A DNA stretch of 64,000 nt from Octopus vulgaris (GCA_951406725.2 OX597830.1:3286001-3350000); one strand, 5' to 3'; counted from the stretch's first letter, positions 43,809-57,324 are shown. Notes: generated from the sequence alone by a model not told the origin. Numbers and translations: made by a program.

Positions 43809-44010
43809 ACAAGACTATTCAGAGAGTGCAAACCTCTGCCAAGGCAACACCAACATCCTTTCAACGATGAGCCAGATATTATTTTCAATATGAGAATATC
43901 TGAAATAGACTTGACTGTTCTCACAAATGAGAATACTGAAAATGAACCTGACTGCTCTCATAAATTAAGTAAAAAAGAACGCAAAAATAATCCAGAATCT
44001 TTGTCCAGTA
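43809..44010 (+). mobile_element. Non-autonomous repeat fragment (possibly Helentron-associated)
   Basis: Start ACAAGAC..TCAGAGAGTGCAAACCTCTGCCAAGG and an internal duplicated TGACTG.TCTCA motif; family recalled from memory only. Confidence 0.35.
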
Positions 44011-44221
44011 GCAGGATGAAGATGCTGGGAAGGAAACAGTTTCATGAATTAACAGCTGAGTTTTGAGTTATTATGTTGATATAAGGAGGGACAATGCAGC
44101 TCAAAAGTTCTTACACAAACTAACACACCCAGTAATACACAAACTTAATCTCATTCTTGTATGAATGAGATTCTGTGCAGTGGGTGAACAGCAGCTCACA
44201 GCAACTACTGCAGTTGGTACA

Positions 44222-44450
44222 AAGGCAGTGAGCTGGCAGACACGTTAGCGCACCGGGTGAAATGCTTAGTGGTATTTCGTCTATCGTTACATTCAGTTCA
44301 AATTCCACCGAGGTCGACTTTGCCTTTCATCCTTTTGGGGTCGATAAATAAAGTACCAGTTACACACTAGGGTTGATGTAATCGACTTAATCTGCTTGTC
44401 TGTCCTTGTTTGCCCCCTCTATGTTTAGCCCCTAGTGGGTAGTAAAGAAA
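44222..44450 (+). mobile_element. tRNA-derived SINE family A
   Basis: Highly similar to the 51933-52160 copy across its length. Confidence 0.88.
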
Positions 44451-45765
44451 TATATTTATAGAGAGGAATGGGTTCAGGGCTGCATGCAGTTTTGTTAAAA
44501 AGTGTAGCAAGTTTGGTTGTATCTCATGATTGTGCCCTAAGATGACATCACACAAGAGAAGTTTCTCTGTTATGTTTGATCTGTAAACTATATTGAGAGT
44601 AAACCAGTTATATCCCATAATATTGGCTTTAAATTTTGGATCAAGTCCAGCAATTTCAGGGGAGGGTACAGGTTGATTATATAAACCCCAGTATTTGACT
44701 GGTACATATTTAATCGACCCTGAAAAGATGAAAGGCAAAGTTGTCCTCAGCAGAATTTGAACTCAGAAAATACAGACAAACGAAATACTGCTACCAGTTT
44801 GCCTCCTTAATCCTTTAATATTGGAAAGAGCAATGTCACAGGACAAGTGACATGTGAGGTGGTTGTTACAACAGCAAGGTAAACAACTGAGGCAGAGGCA
44901 GAGAGTTACGATACAAAATGATGTTGAGTGTTGCATGCAGTTGGGGACTTTTTATAGATTTTCTCCACACACAAAACTGTGACAACCACAACTGTTTTAT
45001 GCAGTTTTCTTGATTTGTATATGGCAACACCCTGATGGCCAAGGAAACAGCTAAAGAAGGGATTATTTCATTTTTTTGTTTTTTTATACTTAGAAGTAAT
45101 GATGTTGTTGGAATCTTCTTCATTTATGAGTCTAGACTTAGATAACCTCTAAATAATATCTACACAAAATATTACCTGACAGACAAGCTACAATATTTTA
45201 CAATCAAAGAGAAATGTTTTGTCTAAACAATTTCTGTTTTGATTCTTTCAAAATCTAATCTCCAAATGGTGTATTCATAATTTTATTCCCCGAACTCTCA
45301 GTAAATTATTAGTTAACCTTAAGTTAACCTTACACAGCTTGAAATGATATATATTGATCATTAAATGATATTTTGAGAACTAATTTTCTTTTCGTACATA
45401 AATATTTGTCTTAAAATGTTGAATTCCTTTAATTATTTTAACAACTTAACATCACGTTTCACTTATATTTCATTTGTTATCAATATCTTATTTTAATTAT
45501 CTACATTGACTTTGGATGTCAATCAATGATGATGATAAATTAAACACTACCAAAGATATAACATGCACAAGTTTGGCATTCATCTCATGAGAGAATCATT
45601 TTATTTTATGCAAAATTTAGTTTTCAACAACAGAAAAAAAAAACATGTATATTGTTTATTCTGAAAAAGTTTTTACCTTAGAATATATTTCTTTCATTCA
45701 GTTACAGAAATACCTTTTACCTTTTTCCTAATTGTGAGTTCTTAGATTTTATACACACACACACA

Positions 45766-46106
45766 CACAGAGTCACTAAAAAGTGACCAAAGGTGCAGAG
45801 ACCACCAGCATTGCTAGAAATAAGAGTCAGAGACTCCTTATGCACAGAAAGCACATGTTCTATTTAACTGAAAGGGAAGACAACCTCCCCACTGCAAGCA
45901 AGGTGCATTAGATGGAGTAATCGTTACCGATGAGTATTAGTTTCCATGTGAAATTAATGTGCTAATCTAATGCATCTCACTTGTGGTGGGCAGGTTGTCT
46001 CCCCTCTCAGTTAAATAGAACATGTGCCTTCTGTGGGTAAGGAGTCCATGACTCTCCAGTAATGCTAGTGCTCCCTGCTCCCTTGCTCACCTTTTTGCTG
46101 ACAGTG
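45766..46106. mobile_element. Fold-back MITE with ~150-bp diverged TIRs
   Basis: GCACATGTTCTATTTAACTGA at ~45851 pairs with TCAGTTAAATAGAACATGTGC at ~46007; termini ~CAGAGTCACTAAAAAG / CTTTTTGCTGACAGTG. Confidence 0.8.
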
Positions 46107-46700
46107 AATTATTTTCTTTTTGGTTTTAAATTTCATCTAGCCATCTTAATTATTGTGTGTGTATAACATAAATGAATAGAAGTGGTACCTTATTAACACT
46201 CTGATATAATCCACATCTGGCTAACCACATCAAATGGTAGGGAACACGTAACTTGTTTAAGAGCAAAGATTAGACAGTCTTTCACTCAAGACGTAAATCC
46301 TGAGTTTGCTTCTTTGGATTTCGGGCAGGACATCATCACAACCTCAGAAAGAAGAATTGCAGGATTATACAGCTTCAAAATTTGTACAGTAATGTACCCT
46401 AAGGTCTGATGAACCCACACCTAAGATATACTTTAAGAACGCCTGCCTTACACTTGAATCCTGAGTTCACTTCATCCACCAGCAAAGGGCAAATACCTCA
46501 AACAAGGCTGCCTAGGAATGTTTGCTGAATATGTATGACAACTAAACCAACTAAATGCACAGAAATGCTACATCAAAGGACTTGGGACACTTATCCACAT
46601 CCGACTGGAAATTAAGGAGAATAATTCAGAAATAAATAAATTTTGGATATATACATAATGCTCTAGTCTTCTTTATCTCTTGCATATATATGTGAGTGTA

Positions 46701-46740
<40 letters not shown>

Positions 46741-46799
46741 TACATATACATATATATATATACATATGTGTGTATATATTTATATATATATATACACAC

Positions 46800-46838
<39 letters not shown>

Positions 46839-46897
46839 TACATATACATATATATATATACATATGTGTGTATATATTTATATATATATATACACAC

Positions 46898-46950
<53 letters not shown>

Positions 46951-47047
46951 TACATATATATATATGTATATATACATATATGCATATGTATGTATATACA
47001 TGTATATACATATATACATATGTATATATACATATATACATATTAGA

Positions 47048-47223
47048 AGAAATGAGGTACTCAGAATTCGAAGGGTTTTATATTTACAGATATTTATTTG
47101 TAAATTACATGTTTTTATACATCATATAACTTAGATCTAAGTTATATGATGTATAAAAACATGTAATTTACAAATAAATATCTGTAAATATAAAACCCTT
47201 CGAATTCTGAGTACCTCATTTCT
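47048..47223. repeat. Perfect 176-bp palindrome, no spacer
   Basis: Centre TTAGA|TCTAA at 47135/47136; arms match base for base. Confidence 0.97.
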
Positions 47224-47346
47224 GTACATTATCTCCAAACCTTCCAATACATATATACATATATACATATATACATATATATACATATATATATATACAT
47301 ACATATATACATATGGATGTATATATATATATATATATATGCATAT

Positions 47347-47404
47347 ATCCTTAAAATCCTTAAAAATGTTTTAGCCCGAAAGCCGCGGCCATGTTGGGGC
47401 ACCA
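47347..47404 (-). mobile_element. Extreme 3' end of the CR1-type LINE
   Basis: Reverse complement matches 56732-56790 (GGTGCCCC..ATGGCCGCGGC.TTCGGGCTAAAACATTTTTAAGGAT..). Confidence 0.85.
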
Positions 47405-47894
47405 TATGTATGTATATGTATATACGTATATATATATATATGTATATACATATACATATATGTGTATATGTCTATATATACATACATACATGTGTGTGTA
47501 TAATTATAAGAACCAAGGGTCTGAGTGTAAGAAGTCTGTAAACTTTGAACAGTCCATTATTGTTCAGGAACAATAATGATTTATTGGCTTAGAAGGTTGT
47601 AGGCTTTTCCTATATCGAAATTCGATAAGTTGAAAAGTTTTTTCATAGCTCATTGTTAGCAACTTGAGTTGCTACGAATGCAAATAAAAACCCAAATTGA
47701 GTGGGTGGAGCAGGTAAAATACAGGCTACATATGTTTCCTAGCAGATTCTCTGATATGATAATTACTCAATGAGGGTTACTCTGCTAGCTGCACCTCAGG
47801 ATGAAGATTCCTTAACCATATGAAGGTTACATTTTAATTAAGGAATCTCAAGTTAACTTGCCGAAGAGATAATTTGATATAATATATATATATA

Positions 47895-48038
47895 TTACAG
47901 ATAAGAAAGTAATTTTGAATGCAGTATAGTTGTGAAAACAGCAGAGGAAGATTAGGTATTTACCCTTAGAAGACGGAAAAATGTTGCCAGCTGTTTTCAC
48001 AGCTATACCGCATTTGAAATTTATTTTCTTGTCTGTAA
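47895..48038. repeat. Diverged inverted repeat, ~48-bp arms
   Basis: 47895-47942 pairs with 47990-48038. Confidence 0.85.
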
Positions 48039-49553
48039 AATAACAACACATTTGGTGCTTCCGCAGCTAAGTTAATTTATACAACGTTCTAATATATATA
48101 TCATCTGTAAAAAACATTAATTCAAAAGAAGAAGCACAAGATATAGAGCAGTATATATTAGAAATGGGGAAGGCCAATTTCTGGGATTAACTTAAGGATT
48201 CCATAAAGGGTTTAGTTTTGTCAGATCCCAAAATCTTTTATGAACAGGAAACCTAAGGTAGGCCCATAAACTGTCTTTCTGCATTTTTAATTTATGTATA
48301 AATACAAACACAAACATATATGTGTGAGTGTGTGTATTATGTCTTATCTATAGCCAAACACCCATGCTTGTTCCTCTATCATAATTTAACCTTTCAATAT
48401 TGAACATAAAACCCCCAACGTCCCTCTTCTCCTCTCAAATACTTCCACTTGGTCGTGGAAGCTTTCTCCCTTTCCTTTTCCTTTTTGTGTGTGTGTCATA
48501 CAAGTTTCATGGCAACCTCGCAAGTGCCAGTGGCACAAAAAACATACCCATTACACTCTATGAAATGGTTGGTATTAGAAGCAGCTGTAGAAACCATATC
48601 AAAGATGACACTGGAACCTGATGCAGCCCTACAGCTCACTGGTTCCCTATTAAACCCTCCATTGCATGCCAGCATGGAAACCAGATGTTAAATAATTATG
48701 CTAATGATGTTAGACTTTAATGTGTCCCAGGACCACATCCTGTTCCAATGTCTGCTTTGGCATGGTTTCTAAGGCTAGATGCTCCTTTTAGATACCATCC
48801 ACTTTACTTTATGGAGTGAGTGCTTTTGCATGGCACCAGCACTAGTGAAGTTTCCAAGCAGCTTGCAAAACTGAGACCCCTTTTGACTGAGTGGAAATAT
48901 AATAGGCAATGAAGCTGCTTTATGCTGGGTGTTGAGAGGCTAAGGTATGAAAGTAGGTCCTGAACAGATGAGGTTTGTTGCTGGGGTTGATCTAAATGAC
49001 CACTTACATTATAGAAGAGAAGGTAGAAGTAACTGTGGTGGAGCTGGAAAGAAAGACGGATAAAATAGTGGGGATGCAGTGGCAGGGTACAAGGTGTAGC
49101 TCAAGGTAAAAAGAGGGGCCAAAATGAACGAGAACAGAAGAACAAGTAGTGGTTGGGTAGAGGGTGTGGTGTGGACGAGTGATGAATATAATGAATGAAG
49201 AATGATTGAGAAGTGATCAATTATAAATATAGAACAGAAGGAAAGTTAGGAAGAGTTGGTGATGATCGTAGAGATTCAGTGATGTTGAAGGGTGAATGTA
49301 ATGAATAATGGACAAGGGTGAAGAGGTGATCCTTGACATATAGGGGTTAAGGAGAAGGGTGGAGGGGATCGATGCTCATCGTGTGTATGTGTGCGAGATC
49401 ACACAAAAGTGTATGCAAGTGTATGAAGCTCTCAGTGCTAACAACACTAAATTATGCTTTTGTGTGTGTGTGTAGACATATGCACATACATATATGTTCA
49501 TATACAGATATATAGATAGATATATGTACACACACACATGCATATATAAAAAA

Positions 49554-49609
<56 letters not shown>

Positions 49610-51294
49610 ATGCATGGTATTGCTGTGTTGTTAAGAAGCTTGTTTCCCAGCCTGAGTACTCTGTGGTTCAGACCAACCACACGGCACCTTGGGCTACAGT
49701 TTTCTCCTGAAGTCTGGGTGAACAAAAGTCTTGTCAGTGATTTTGGTAGCTAAAACTGAGTGAAGCCCATTGTCATCAGATGTGTGTGTATGTGTGCGTG
49801 TGTGTGTGTGCATGTGTTGTATGCTCGCACACACGTGTGTGTGTGTGTGTATGTGTTACAAAGAAAATGGGTCAGCTCAGTAACTTCCAGATAGAGATCC
49901 TTTAACAAGTATTTTCCGCCCAAATTTGTTGCATTTCATTTACATACCCTCATCGAGTCTTGAAGACAGCATCAATCTTTCAGATTATCATAAGCATGAT
50001 TAACTGGATATTGCATTTTAAAACATCACCCTGGCCCATAAAATGTGTTGGGGTAGCAGTATAAATGCCAGGGGTGAAGTTGAACTCACACAACTCAGGA
50101 AGTTTCTTGTTCAATAACGTATCTCATCCTCTCTCTTGCATTAACTCTGCTGTACAGTTGAGATATACATAGAATTTCCTGTAGATTAAATCTCTTCTTG
50201 CAGTAAACAATACTTACTCAAGTATAGACTTTGCAATGTAAGATAATGATTCGAACTGACAAATTTCACATGCCCTTTCATACCATAATATCAACACTAG
50301 AGGCCAAAACAAACTTTTAATTTATTTATTTCTATTAGGTAATTTATAAGAATGGCCATTTCTTCTGGTGCTCAAACACACATACTAAATATCAGAAGGA
50401 ACTTTAGGGTATTTTTTCCCCCTATTTGCTAATCAATAAGAACTTGTAAATCAGCCATGCCTTTTAGCATCTAAATCAGAAAGTATAATAAATGATGGTG
50501 TATGGTGCTGTATGTATAGGTTAGAGAGAGAGCGCTGAAAATATCGGATAACAAGCACGAAGGACTGAGAAAGCAAGCAAATGAATGAGAGAGAGAGAGT
50601 AAAGTATATATGCTTTTGCGTCAAACTGTCAAAGAAACTTAGCTGATCAAAACTTTATATGAGGTTACAATATGTAATGACTACTTATAAACAACACTGA
50701 TATTTCAGCTCACTTTTTTTTCTCCTTTTTTTTTTGACAGCTTTTATACTGTAGTTTCTTATATATCAATTTATCGAATGTTATAATAATGGCATTATAA
50801 ATATGATATAAATATTACTGTTGACAAATCATCGCTGATATTTCTATCATATTTTGTTATTTTTTTATGACAGCTGTTATATTTCATTTCTTATATTAAG
50901 TTCCTGTTGCTGGTGTTGTTGATGTTGTTTCTCCGTACTGGTAAAATATTGACAGGTCTACAAATTTCAACAATCTGATATGTTCTTGGAGAATTTCTTA
51001 TACAACTGTATTTTCTTGAAAGCATCAAACAGTGGAATTGATACCAAATTTTTTACAAAGTAGTATTAGTACTGATGCTTTTCATAGACTAATGGTATCT
51101 GGGAAATGAATTTTTTGGATTCAGAATTCAGTTCCTCAACTCTGCACTTAATAACAGCAATAAATGTTAAATGAATGCAGTAAGATAGAATCAGCTGAAA
51201 AGCTACAAAATATAAATTATATCTTTTAAACTGTTAGCTACACAATTCAAGGGGAAACATTGTAATATGTATATATATATATATATATATATAG

Positions 51295-51664
51295 TCAATA
51301 ATAAAAGGGTAAAATTAATTAATTATACCAAGTAGTGTTCAGCATGTAAAAAGACCATTTACTGTATATTTAAAACATTACGTTATCTTGGGCTGACGAA
51401 GGAAATGTTGATAGGAGTATGTATTTCTAGCATCTCTTTATCCAACTAATCCAGAAACGGCATTCTCAAATAATTGATGTATGTGTGATCATTCGTTATT
51501 TTTCCCTCTATATCTACATGAATTATTTTTGAGTATACATTGTCTGGGAGACTTTTCTTATAGTAGAAGAAATAGCTAAAATTTTTTGGCTGCTTTTTCT
51601 AAAAGTTCGGTGTGTAGTAAAGTAAATTATTTTACTGAACCCTAATTATATAACATAATGTTTT

Positions 51665-51665
<1 letters not shown>
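51295..51665 (+). mobile_element. Hammerhead-bearing element, copy 2
   Basis: Homologous to 28911-29280; between (TA)n tracts. A 3' fragment of a third copy lies at ~54950-55030. Confidence 0.75.
51383..51473 (+). ncRNA. Type I hammerhead ribozyme (stem III mismatch)
   Basis: Stem I TTATCTTGGG/CTCAAATAA; CTGACGA (51393-99); long stem II GGA..GTTGATAGGAG..CTCTTTATCCAAC..TCC; GAAAC-GGC-ATT. Confidence 0.65.
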
Positions 51666-51741
<76 letters not shown>

Positions 51742-51854
51742 GTATGTATATATATATATGTATATATATGTATATATATATATATGTATGTATATATATA
51801 TATGTATATATATGTATATATATGTATATATATGTATATATATATATATGTATG

Positions 51855-51929
<75 letters not shown>

Positions 51930-51932
51930 AAA

Positions 51933-52157
51933 AGGTGAGATGGCAGAATCGTTAGCACGCCGGGCGAAATGTGTAGCCATATTTCGTCTGCCATTACTTT
52001 CTGAGTTCAAATTCCACTGAGGCCAACTTTGCCTTTCATCCTATCGGGGTTGATAAATCAAGTACCAGTTACACACTGGGGTCGATGTAATCGACTTAAT
52101 CCGTTTGTCTGTCCTTGCTTGTCCCCTCTATGTTTAGTCCCTTGTAGGTAATAAAGA

Positions 52158-52160
<3 letters not shown>
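51933..52160 (+). mobile_element. tRNA-derived SINE family A
   Basis: TGGCAGAATCGTTAG head, GAGTTCAAATTCC B-box, conserved core. Confidence 0.88.
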
Positions 52161-52194
<34 letters not shown>

Positions 52195-52319
52195 GCTAAA
52201 ATAATAGTGCACTATTTAGTTTCAACCTTTTATGTTCTGAGTTCAACTCCCATCAAGGTTAGCTTGTAATTTGCACAACTAAAGTAGCTTTCACTGTCCA
52301 CGGGGTAGTTGTGGAAGAA

Positions 52320-53830
52320 AAAAGACGTAATGGCTATGGGCTCTTCCCTAGGACCAACGTTCTTGACAGTCTTCCAAGCTACAATAAAAACCAAAGTAAT
52401 ATCTAAAGAAAATCATATAATATTCTCTAGTTATTACATAAATGATAAACTAGTTGTAATAGACATTTAGTAATGGAAGGCAAGGTTTATGATATCTGAG
52501 GAATATCATCTTTTTCTTGTTCGTTATGTAGTTGAGGCTTTCGGCATAAATGCTATTTACAACTGGTTTATTTACAGGAAAGGTGAAGTGTGCTGCTCTC
52601 AGCTACCATCTCAAGCTCCGATAGTGTGGGTGCATAGCCACTGGAAATAGACAGGCAGAGAACTCTACCAGCATTCGTGTTCAGCCAATGCTGCTATGTA
52701 AATGGCACCAAAAGAGGTTGGTTTGATTTAGTTTCTCCTTTATATAGTTTTCGCTATCGCAAGCCTCGTTGTGATCTCGCACATGGCAAATGGATGCAGG
52801 TGAAGTCTCGCTCCAGTCTCAGAGATAGCAATGGCTGCCATGAGATCTCATCCAATATGGCGCTGGGATGTTTGTGCCGCTACAGACACATCAAAAGACA
52901 TTGGGAAATTAAAAGGTGATTAATGTAACAGTGCAGTGCCAAGATCTAACAACCCGAATGATGCTTACACAACTTCATATCAAGACATAACTATTCAGTC
53001 TAAAAACAGCAGATACATTATCTTCACAAAAGACACAAACAAAAACACATAAAACCAACATGGAGACTGGAAATAGGCACAGGGCTACAAAATACAAGAA
53101 AATTAATGCTTTGGAGAGCGTTTAGATTCTCTTCCACAAATGAAACATTCGATTCCGAAATCCACAGAATAAAACCAGCATTAATTAACTATGGATAATC
53201 AAGCTGGCCAATAGACCAAACTACTGGTCTGAATATAAACAGATATAAACTGATATAAACAGAAAGATGATGGAACAAATATATGAGATATTATCCTGCC
53301 TAAAAACACACTTATTTCATGCAAAGTATATTAAATGGATCAATGCATGCCAGGTACAGAATAAACGAACACATAACAAAAAATGCCATTAATGAAACAC
53401 AGACGGCATTACAGCAGACCGTAAATGGGTCATAATATGTATGACAAAAACAATGGAATCACAAACGTCCTTATTAACACACAGCCATATAAATTGGAGT
53501 AAAAGCTACAAATTACTAATGTCATCTATAAATTTGACTATAAATGTGTAAAGTTGCAAACTTCAGGTTTTATCTGTTACAATGGCCAGACAAGTGCAAC
53601 TATTTCTCATGGACTCACTATGGATATACACTAAGGAGGAATGGCAACATATTATGCCACACATCATTAAACAATGCTAGTAGAATAATATTAACAGATT
53701 CTACATCTCTGCTTTATAGCATTCCTCAAAGAGTCAGACAGTTGATTACTGAAGCAATATCACAACTCAAGTCTGCAATTAATACACAAATAACATACCA
53801 GGTTGAGTCAAAAGTTTTATGTATTTTAAA
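52320..53830 (+). mobile_element. Decayed Penelope-like element interrupted by a solo LTR
   Basis: MAMGSSLGPTF (RT motif B), YYINDKLVV (~YVDD), FTKDTN, RAFRFSSTNETFDSEIHRIKPALINYG, GIY-YIG remnant NVIYKF..YNGQTSATISHGLTM, and LITEAISQLKSAINTQ. Confidence 0.8.
52466..52884 (-). mobile_element. Solo LTR (gypsy-like, 4-bp TSD)
   Basis: GACA at 52462-65 and 52885-88; termini T(T)TAG..CTACA; minus-strand TATATAAA (~52738-46) and AATAAA (~52568-73). Removing it rejoins the host RT frame (DKLVVID-TSKDIGKLK). Confidence 0.7.
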
Positions 53831-54359
53831 CTTTAACCACTTGATGCCAGTATTACCTGAAGCATGCGAGACACTGCTCCGGTTTTCTTTATCTAATGAA
53901 GCCACACAAACACACAAGTGCCAAGGAGCTCGCGTCTATTTACGTTCACCGTTACAATAACATAGCGTCGTACATTTACGTCTACCGGTTTATGAAAACG
54001 AACTGTTCTCAAATTCAAAAAATAGCTTGTGTGTGGTACAACTCAAAACACGGTATTGTGCATGTAAATTATCCGCATGTCATTGGTCTACTGCTAGTCT
54101 CAGGACTTGAACATAATCTAAAATAGCTAAGATAATGCACGGGACGATGAGCATGTGTACCTAAAGAGATAAAGTACACGATAGCGAAGGTAAACATACG
54201 TCAGCCACTAAAAAGTCCGTGATAGATATAGGGCAGCTCAACATCGTATATTTATGTTCACCACGGGTAGACAAGCAAAAGTATGATCGCATATTTGCGT
54301 CAACCATTGTCCAGGGGTTAATTAATAGTTCAGACAAATTACATATGGAAAGCATTTGT

Positions 54360-54905
54360 TCATCAAAATATATTCCACCATAGTATATCGCTTGTTGCTA
54401 TAATAGTACCAGAAGCTCAGTTCTATGCTTATACCATTTGGCTGTACCCATTCTCAACCTCATCCACATTGTTGGATTTCCATCCATGCAGGAAATTAAT
54501 TATGGCTTGGAGAAGGTGCAAGGTCTGGGCTGTAGGCAGGGTGAGGCAGCAATTCCAGCCCCTTGAATTCCTCAAGTTTGCACTTGCACACACTGGCAGA
54601 TGGGTTATGGCATTCTAATGCTGTAGGAATTCATGTCTTCAATTGACCAATGCAGGTAGTGGGCCTTCAAAGCAACATATACTTGCTGCAGCTTGTGTGC
54701 ATATAGAATAGTGTTCACAGCATGATGCCTGGAACAAGCTTAAAGACCAATTCTTCCCCTTTGAAACACATAAAAGGACTGCCTGTTCAAACTAACCTTA
54801 TCTGAAAGCATATTTTGATTCCTGTGACAAGAACAAAGCCATTGATTTCCCTTATTAGGATTATGAAAATAGACCCATCTTTCATCCCCAGTTACAATTT
54901 AATAC
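54360..54905 (-). mobile_element. Mariner transposase remnant
   Basis: IVTGDERWV and GLELLPHPAYSPDLAPS on the minus strand. Confidence 0.85.
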
Positions 54906-55116
54906 CAAAGATGAGCAACTCAAAGATTTACCAGAAGTTGTTATAGAGGTTCTAAATTTCAGTATGGGATGAAGCAATTTTTGCCGAACCCTAATTATAA
55001 TTATGCTTATAATTATAGAATTTTTTATATTCATGTATATATATAAAGAAGTATTATTACTGTTATTTACAGTAATAATAAGGTGGCAAGATCACACCTT
55101 TACAGACACAATGGTA

Positions 55117-55238
55117 AGGTGAATTAAGAGTCAATAGGGTATATAATATCACTTGCTAAAATCAGAGCCATGGCTCCAAAACCCATTGGCTCTGATTTTA
55201 GTAAGTGGTATTATAAACCCTATTTAATCTTAATTTAC

Positions 55239-55240
<2 letters not shown>
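55117..55240. repeat. Inverted repeat, 54-bp arms, 16-nt loop
   Basis: 55117-55170 pairs with 55187-55240 (about 6 differences). Confidence 0.9.
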
Positions 55241-55317
<77 letters not shown>

Positions 55318-55352
55318 CTATATATATATGTATATATATCTATATATATATA

Positions 55353-55415
<63 letters not shown>

Positions 55416-55488
55416 CTATATCTATATATATATATATATGTATATATCTATATCTATATATATATATATATGTATATATATATCTATA

Positions 55489-55571
<83 letters not shown>

Positions 55572-55686
55572 GTATATATATATATGTATATATATCTATA
55601 TATATCTATATATATATATATCTATCTATATATATATATATATATATATATATCTATATCTATATATATATATGTATATATCTATA

Positions 55687-55733
<47 letters not shown>

Positions 55734-55743
55734 ATATATATAT

Positions 55744-56790
55744 CAGTGGCCCTTTCAGACATGCCTTCAGTTGCTACGATGACCACCCTTGCTAGCTATG
55801 CAGATGACACAAAAGTCTCCCACGCAATACAAAACCCTGAAAATATTGCGCATCTGCAACATGAGCTGGACACAATATACAGGTGGGCTGAGGACAACAA
55901 CATGCAGTTTAATGCAGGTAAGTTCCAGGCCCTGCGCTACTGGCACACAAAGGTAAATGACGTGAAGACTGGATACACTGGCCCAGGAAGAATTGCAATC
56001 CCTGAGTCAAAATCAGTGCGTGACCTGGGCATTGACATGAGCAATGATGCATCTTTCCAAATGCATATTGCTAATCTGGTGATAAAATGCAGACGGCTAG
56101 CTGGATGGATTCTCCGAACTTTCAGAACAAGAGAGAAGGAGACACTGATGGTCCTATGGAAAACATTTGTCCTCAGCCGCTTGGACTACTGCTCCCAACT
56201 TTGGTCACCACACAATATAAAACAAACAGCAGAACTCGAAGCAACTCAGAGAAGCTACACAAAGAAAATCGTCTCAATGCAAAATGTCAGCTACTGGGAA
56301 AGACTGAAGGTATTAAACCTCTTCTCCCTGGAGCGGAGGCGGGAGAGATATGCAGTGATATACATCTGGAAAATCCTGGAGGGTCTTGTCCCAAACTTTG
56401 GCATTCAAAGTTACTCCAACCGCAGAACGGGGCGCCGCTGCGTGGTGCCAAGGATTCCAACATCACCATCAAAATACAGGTCCAGATACTGCAACAGCTT
56501 GGGTTTCAGAGGACCACAGCTCTTTAACATCCTCCCTAAATGCCTGAGAGACTTACATGGTGTGGATGTGGGTTTCTTTAAAACTAAACTGGATCTCTTC
56601 TTGTTGGGAGTCCCAGATGAACCTACCTCACGACAGGAGACACGGATGCGGGCAGCAGCATCGAACTCCCTTGTTGATCAAGTGCCACGTATCAGAGGTG
56701 GATTCACAAACTAGTGTAGCTCATTCAGCGGTGGTGCCCCAGCATGGCCGCGGCCTTCGGGCTAAAACATTTTTAAGGATTTAAGGATTT
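55744..56790 (+). mobile_element. 5'-truncated CR1-group LINE with uninterrupted RT C-terminus (stop at 56714)
   Basis: [44 protein letters not shown]; 3' UTR hairpin and (TTTAAGGA)2 tail. Confidence 0.95.
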
Positions 56791-56988
56791 ATATATATAT
56801 ATATATATGTCCCCGTCACTTAGCGGTTCGGCAAAAGAGACCGATAGAATAAGTACTGGGCTTACAAAAGAATAAGTCCCGAGGTTAAAAAAGGCGGTGC
56901 TCCAGCATGGCCGCAGTCAAATGACTGAAACAAGTAAAAGAGTAAAAGAGAGAGAGTATATATATATATGTATATATATGTGTATATG

Positions 56989-57087
<99 letters not shown>

Positions 57088-57132
57088 ATATATATATATA
57101 TGAATATATCTATATATATATATGTATATATC

Positions 57133-57179
<47 letters not shown>

Positions 57180-57252
57180 CTATATATATATATATGAATA
57201 TATCTATATATATATATATGTATATATCTATATATATATATATGTATATATC

Positions 57253-57283
<31 letters not shown>

Positions 57284-57324
57284 CTATATATATATATGTA
57301 TATATCTATATATATATGTATATA

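Noticed and set aside
55170-55743. N-terminal part of the 514-aa ORF
   Set aside because: Stop-free (TA)n read-through fused by chance to the LINE RT frame.
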